Assembly (NCBI GenBank): GCA_016187335.1
Contig: JACPJW010000001.1
Location: forward strand, 224,001 to 288,000
Length of the DNA: 64,000 bases
Direction: 5' to 3'
Source: Candidatus Aenigmatarchaeota archaeon
Lineage (GTDB): Archaea > Aenigmatarchaeota > Aenigmatarchaeia > GW2011-AR5
In this document: positions 60,091 through 64,000 of the stretch, one piece after another
Position numbering within the stretch: the stretch's first letter is position 1
Layout: the number at the start of each line of letters is the position of its first letter
The notes under the pieces: model-generated
What the model saw: only the letters and a program-made list of their open reading frames with translations
Told to the model about the DNA's origin: nothing
Database searches by the model: none
Position numbers and translations under genes: made by a program

Positions 60091-60984
60091 GTGACAGAAA
60101 CTACGCTTATTCAATATATTCTTGAAAATATCTGGAATATATTGATGGCTGTTGGTGCAATAGGGACATTAATAGCTTACATATATTTTGAACAAAAACA
60201 CAAAAATAGTCCTGAAGCAATGGCAGTCAAAATTCAAACTCAACAACAAGCTCAACAAATCCAAGAATACAAAACGAGTGAACCTATTGTCGTTGTCAAT
60301 ATACTTCCACCTGATGACAAGATAGCGAAGCAGTTACATAAAAAAGAGCTGTATGGTTATGTCAGAACTGACCAAGCTGAACAATACAGTGTAATAGCGT
60401 CGCCGTCTCTTGATTACCAACATATTATCATTACCTTGAAAGGGTTTGTACCTAATATTGATTTGGACAACATTCTTGTCGCTAGTGGAATTGCACAGGC
60501 TGACAAGAATAATGATAGCAAACTATCTCAACAACTCTATCGTAACATGAAAGACCGCTTTGGAATAAGAGGAATACAAATCTATAACAGATTGATATCT
60601 GATAATTTATTTGAAAAACGATTATTGCCGAAGCTTCAGGATTTAATGAAGCAATATCCAACTGCCGACATGAAGACCATTGAAAAAGTGTTTAGTGAAT
60701 ATTATGAAACATTTCTAACAAAATTGGCGGATGTTACGTGGGTATCAAAGCACCAGAAAGAAAGTATTATTAGACGAAATCTTACATCTGGAATAGAAAT
60801 GGTTCGTAAGGCAGAACTTGATGTATTCTTGGTTTTCGGGAAAGGAACAACAGTAATTGACCGTATAAGAATAATCGCTAATGAAATATTGCAGATGGTT
60901 GACGGATTAGAGATGAAAGAAATAGCAGAGACAAATATTGGTGGCGAACCAGCAAGAATGTTTAGGATATACAAGAAAGCTTAA
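60091..60984 (+). CDS. Hypothetical protein with N-terminal TM helix
   Basis: 297-aa ORF; no recognised domain. Confidence 0.6.
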   Translation: MTETTLIQYILENIWNILMAVGAIGTLIAYIYFEQKHKNSPEAMAVKIQTQQQAQQIQEYKTSEPIVVVNILPPDDKIAKQLHKKELYGYVRTDQAEQYSVIASPSLDYQHIIITLKGFVPNIDLDNILVASGIAQADKNNDSKLSQQLYRNMKDRFGIRGIQIYNRLISDNLFEKRLLPKLQDLMKQYPTADMKTIEKVFSEYYETFLTKLADVTWVSKHQKESIIRRNLTSGIEMVRKAELDVFLVFGKGTTVIDRIRIIANEILQMVDGLEMKEIAETNIGGEPARMFRIYKKA

Positions 60985-61168
60985 TGAGTTCTCATTCTTT
61001 AGCCTTTTTCGCAGCATCCTGTAAAATATAAAAAACTTTTTCAAAATCGCCAGAATAAATAGTGAATGACTTGCTTTGCTTATTACTATTACATAGGCTT
61101 GCAAATTTCCAACCTTTAAATCGACAGCACGGAAGTACGATTAAATAACTTCTTTCTAAACTATTTCT

Positions 61169-61639
61169 ATGACAGAAATTATTTTTGGGTTAGACTTACT
61201 TGGCATTTTCAACTTAGTCGGCTCTTCTATAGCTATTTTTCTTGGAATATTAAAGATTACAGAATGGTTGGCTCGACCAAAAATAGAATTCGAAATTATA
61301 GATAAGGACTACGGTATATGGAAAGATGCTTGGCATTACATTTTTGCTAACATAAATATTATTAACATAGGTAAAAAAGATGCTCAAATAAAAAAAGTTG
61401 TATTTGAATTAACAGACCCGGAAGGTAAAAAGTTCACAAAAGAAATTCCAGAAAATTTTACTGTGTCTGCTGAAATGCCTGTAATGAAATATCAACGAGT
61501 GGACTTTACTCATACGCCAAAAGAGAAAACAGTGGGCAAGAAAACTACAAAAATAATCTACATAGATATACACAATAGAAAGTATACAGTTGATTTGGGT
61601 GAATTAGAATTTAGAGATTTCGAAAAATCAAATCCGTAA
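61169..61639 (+). CDS. Hypothetical membrane-anchored protein
   Basis: N-terminal TM helix then beta-rich region (INIINIGKKDAQI). Confidence 0.6.
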   Translation: MTEIIFGLDLLGIFNLVGSSIAIFLGILKITEWLARPKIEFEIIDKDYGIWKDAWHYIFANINIINIGKKDAQIKKVVFELTDPEGKKFTKEIPENFTVSAEMPVMKYQRVDFTHTPKEKTVGKKTTKIIYIDIHNRKYTVDLGELEFRDFEKSNP

Positions 61640-61765
61640 TTTCTTTCTATATTTAACCTACATATCAACTCTTTGCAACAAACAGTCGATAATGTTATAA
61701 AAAGAAAGCATGTTAATCGAAAGCTTCTTATAACAGAGATATACATCACTTTGAGAGAAGATTAT

Positions 61766-61903
61766 ATGAAAACGATTAAAAAAGTAAGAGAAGAATACAA
61801 ATGTCCACATTGTCATGAAAAGAATCTATCATTTCAAGCTGAAAATGTACATTGTTGGAATTGTGATGCCGATTCTGACATTGGAATGAAGAAGTGGGAT
61901 TAA
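61766..61903 (+). CDS. Small zinc-ribbon protein
   Basis: CPHC...CWNC. Confidence 0.5.
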   Translation: MKTIKKVREEYKCPHCHEKNLSFQAENVHCWNCDADSDIGMKKWD

Positions 61904-61937
61904 TCAGTCATTTGGGACACCTAACTAATCAGTCGTA
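61903..61937 (+). repeat. Direct repeat, copy 2 (core TTGGGACACCTA)
   Basis: atcagtcatttgggacacctaactaatcagtcgta. Confidence 0.55.
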
Positions 61938-61998
61938 CGTGGATTAGAAATCCAATAATCAATTAATTCTAACGCAATTTCTTCATCCATAGAATCAC

Positions 61999-62613
61999 TT
62001 ATTTACACTCGTCCTCTGTTTCATTAAAAATACAAAAAGAAATATTTGTATAGTAAGTTTTCTGGCAAAGAGTGCAATAAAAATGGATAGGTATAGTTAT
62101 GTTTCCCAATGGCACTATTTCTTTTTTGCATGAACTGTCTACTGAAGTGGAACAATAGTATATGCCTAAAGTTGTACAATTTCCTTCATGTGAAGGTATG
62201 TTACCAAAATAACTTGACAATACATTTACATAGAAATTAGTATCGGCATTATAGTAAATGCTTATAGGTCCTGTAGAAGTTTTACCTTCGTTTCTGAAAC
62301 ATATATCTGTATAAACCCAATCTTTTCTTCCTTCTTCTGTAATAAATCTGGTATTAGAATAATTATGATAGGAACCTGACTGCCAGATTGATAAATAAGG
62401 ACCTTCTAAGAGGGTTTCTCTTTCTAACAAATCATTTTGAGTTTTGACTAATTTATTTTGAGAATTAACTAGTTTATTTTGAGAGTCAACCAGCAACCAT
62501 GTGAAAATTGCAACGCCTATTGTTGCAATTGCTAAGATTATAGTAGCAATAGACAGTAGTTGTGTCCAGAATAGTTTTTTTCCTCTTTCTTCTCTTAGAT
62601 TTTTTATTTTCAT
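61999..62613 (-). CDS. Hypothetical membrane-anchored Cys-containing extracellular protein
   Basis: TM helix, short coil, Ig-like FRNEGK.STGPI segment. Confidence 0.6.
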   Translation of the reverse strand: MKIKNLREERGKKLFWTQLLSIATIILAIATIGVAIFTWLLVDSQNKLVNSQNKLVKTQNDLLERETLLEGPYLSIWQSGSYHNYSNTRFITEEGRKDWVYTDICFRNEGKTSTGPISIYYNADTNFYVNVLSSYFGNIPSHEGNCTTLGIYYCSTSVDSSCKKEIVPLGNITIPIHFYCTLCQKTYYTNISFCIFNETEDECK

Positions 62614-62703
62614 CAGATATTATATGTCGGGTAAGTTTTAAGCCAACTCTAGGGCGTGTTGCATACCGACGGATTTTAAATCCCTTCCACGTTTATGTAA
62701 TTC

Positions 62704-63366
62704 ATGCGCCTCGCGACCAACACGCCTTTGGACAAGCTCCTTGACGGCGGCATAGAGGACGACGTTATCACGAACGTCTACGGGCCCGCGGGCTCCGGCA
62801 AGACGAACATAGCGATTGCTGCAGCAATAAATTGCTCGAAAAAAGTAGTTTATCTGGATACCGAGGGCTCGTTTTCTCTGGAAAGGTTCGAGCAGCTTGG
62901 CGGCAGGAACCTGAAGAACATCATGCTCATCAACGTCCACGCATGGAAGGAGCAGTGCGAAGCCGTGGCAGGAATGGAGAAATTAGCCGAGAAGGGCGAC
63001 GTGGGGCTTGTTGTTGTTGATTCGCTTGTTGCTTTGTACCGCCTGGAGCTCACTGACAGGAACTACCAGACAATCAACAAGCAGCTGGCAACGCAGTATT
63101 CTGTCCTTTCCAAAATAGCCAGAAAATTCCATGTGCCCGTTCTTGTGACGAACCAGGTTTACAGCGCCGGCGACGAGATAGAGCTGACGTCCCGGGCGAT
63201 AGCAAAGTACTGGAGCAAGGCTTTGGTTGAATTGCGCAAGCTGGAAAAGGAGAACGTGCGCTTAGCAATTCTTAGGAAGCATAGGTCGCTTCCAGAAGGC
63301 AGGAAGATAGAGTTCGAGATAACCGGCAGCGGCATGAAGGCTCTGGGGAAGTTCTCTATATTTTGA
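62704..63366 (+). CDS. radB: DNA repair protein RadB
   Basis: YGPAGSGKTN, YLDTEGSF, VDSLVALYR, LRKHRS. Confidence 0.93.
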   Translation: MRLATNTPLDKLLDGGIEDDVITNVYGPAGSGKTNIAIAAAINCSKKVVYLDTEGSFSLERFEQLGGRNLKNIMLINVHAWKEQCEAVAGMEKLAEKGDVGLVVVDSLVALYRLELTDRNYQTINKQLATQYSVLSKIARKFHVPVLVTNQVYSAGDEIELTSRAIAKYWSKALVELRKLEKENVRLAILRKHRSLPEGRKIEFEITGSGMKALGKFSIF

Positions 63367-63408
63367 AGGGAAAGGAAGACCGGGTTGGCTTAATTAATTC
63401 AGCGTATC

Positions 63409-63795
63409 TCATTCCCATAATTTTATTTCTTTAACCCTTAAGAAATCGGCTTTGTTATCGGTAATTATTTCCAAATCATTCAGGATAGCTGTTGCAGCAA
63501 TAAGAATGTCGAAGTTGCCTATGAGTTTGCCTTCTTTTCTCAGATTATTTCTTATCTCGCCGAATTTCTGGCATATTTCTATATCTATTTCAAGGACAGT
63601 AACGCCGCTCAGAAAATCATCCAATGCGTTCATCGCCTTTTCTTTGTTTTTGGATTCTGCAATTCCTTAGTAAATTTCTGCAAGAGAAATTATGCTTACG
63701 TAAAGGCCCCTTTCAAAGAGGGATTGAAGGGCACCAACGGATTTATCCTTACCTTTCAGGTAGTCAATAATCCAGTCGGTATCGACCAAATACAT
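63409..63795 (-). pseudogene. vapC: VapC PIN toxin with internal stop codon
   Basis: YLVDTDWII...AEIY*GI (TAA at 63667-63669)...FDILIAATA...TDN. Confidence 0.85.
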
Positions 63796-63983
63796 CAGAA
63801 TTCCTTTTCTATAATCTTTCTGGAAGAGTAAATCTTTTTCTTCAGTTTTTCCGCATTGACGTTTTTCCAGGAACCTGCTGCCTTTACAAAGCGTGATTTA
63901 GAACGGGAAGTGTATAATCTTCTCTTAACTGTTTTGATTCCATTTCTTAGTTTTGCACCTATTTTTACAACCATACCAACCAT
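63795..63983 (-). CDS. Putative antitoxin of the VapBC pair
   Basis: KAAGSWK C-terminal motif; TGATG overlap with the vapC start. Confidence 0.55.
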   Translation of the reverse strand: MVGMVVKIGAKLRNGIKTVKRRLYTSRSKSRFVKAAGSWKNVNAEKLKKKIYSSRKIIEKEF

Positions 63984-64000
63984 TAATTTATTAAGAAAAG

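Noticed and set aside
59582-61937. Integron attC cassettes
   Set aside because: No clear RYYYAAC...GTTRRRY paired ends or integron integrase visible.

Overview
The window comes from a DPANN-like archaeon. It has an archaeal 16S rRNA, an A-type ATP synthase operon, RadB, CDC48 and a bacterial-type MetK; the gene content resembles Aenigmatarchaeota, which is inference only. Left end (1-10.9 kb): AT-rich defence island with four PD-(D/E)XK nucleases, RadC, a complete Type I RM system, a truncated EVE-domain gene and a CARF-wHTH regulator. Stable RNAs: an unlinked 16S rRNA gene with ten bulge-helix-bulge (BHB) introns, two encoding homing-endonuclease-like proteins; five tRNAs with 2-3 introns each; an orphan intron-containing tRNA-Ala 3' half; and a C/D box sRNA predicted to guide 23S Gm2251. 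Core genes: atpHIKECFABD, a NUDIX/MazG nucleotide-sanitising cluster, a degenerate POR set, MPE-Lhr-PolB, MetAP and a CDC48 with two inteins six residues apart. Right end (58-62.6 kb): second AT-rich island with HicAB, an IS remnant and a repeat-flanked module. The most striking signal is one family of short hairpin repeats, with two motifs that can nest. It makes up most of the short tRNA and rRNA introns and also sits free in stable-RNA trailers, which suggests a non-coding mobile mini-intron family.
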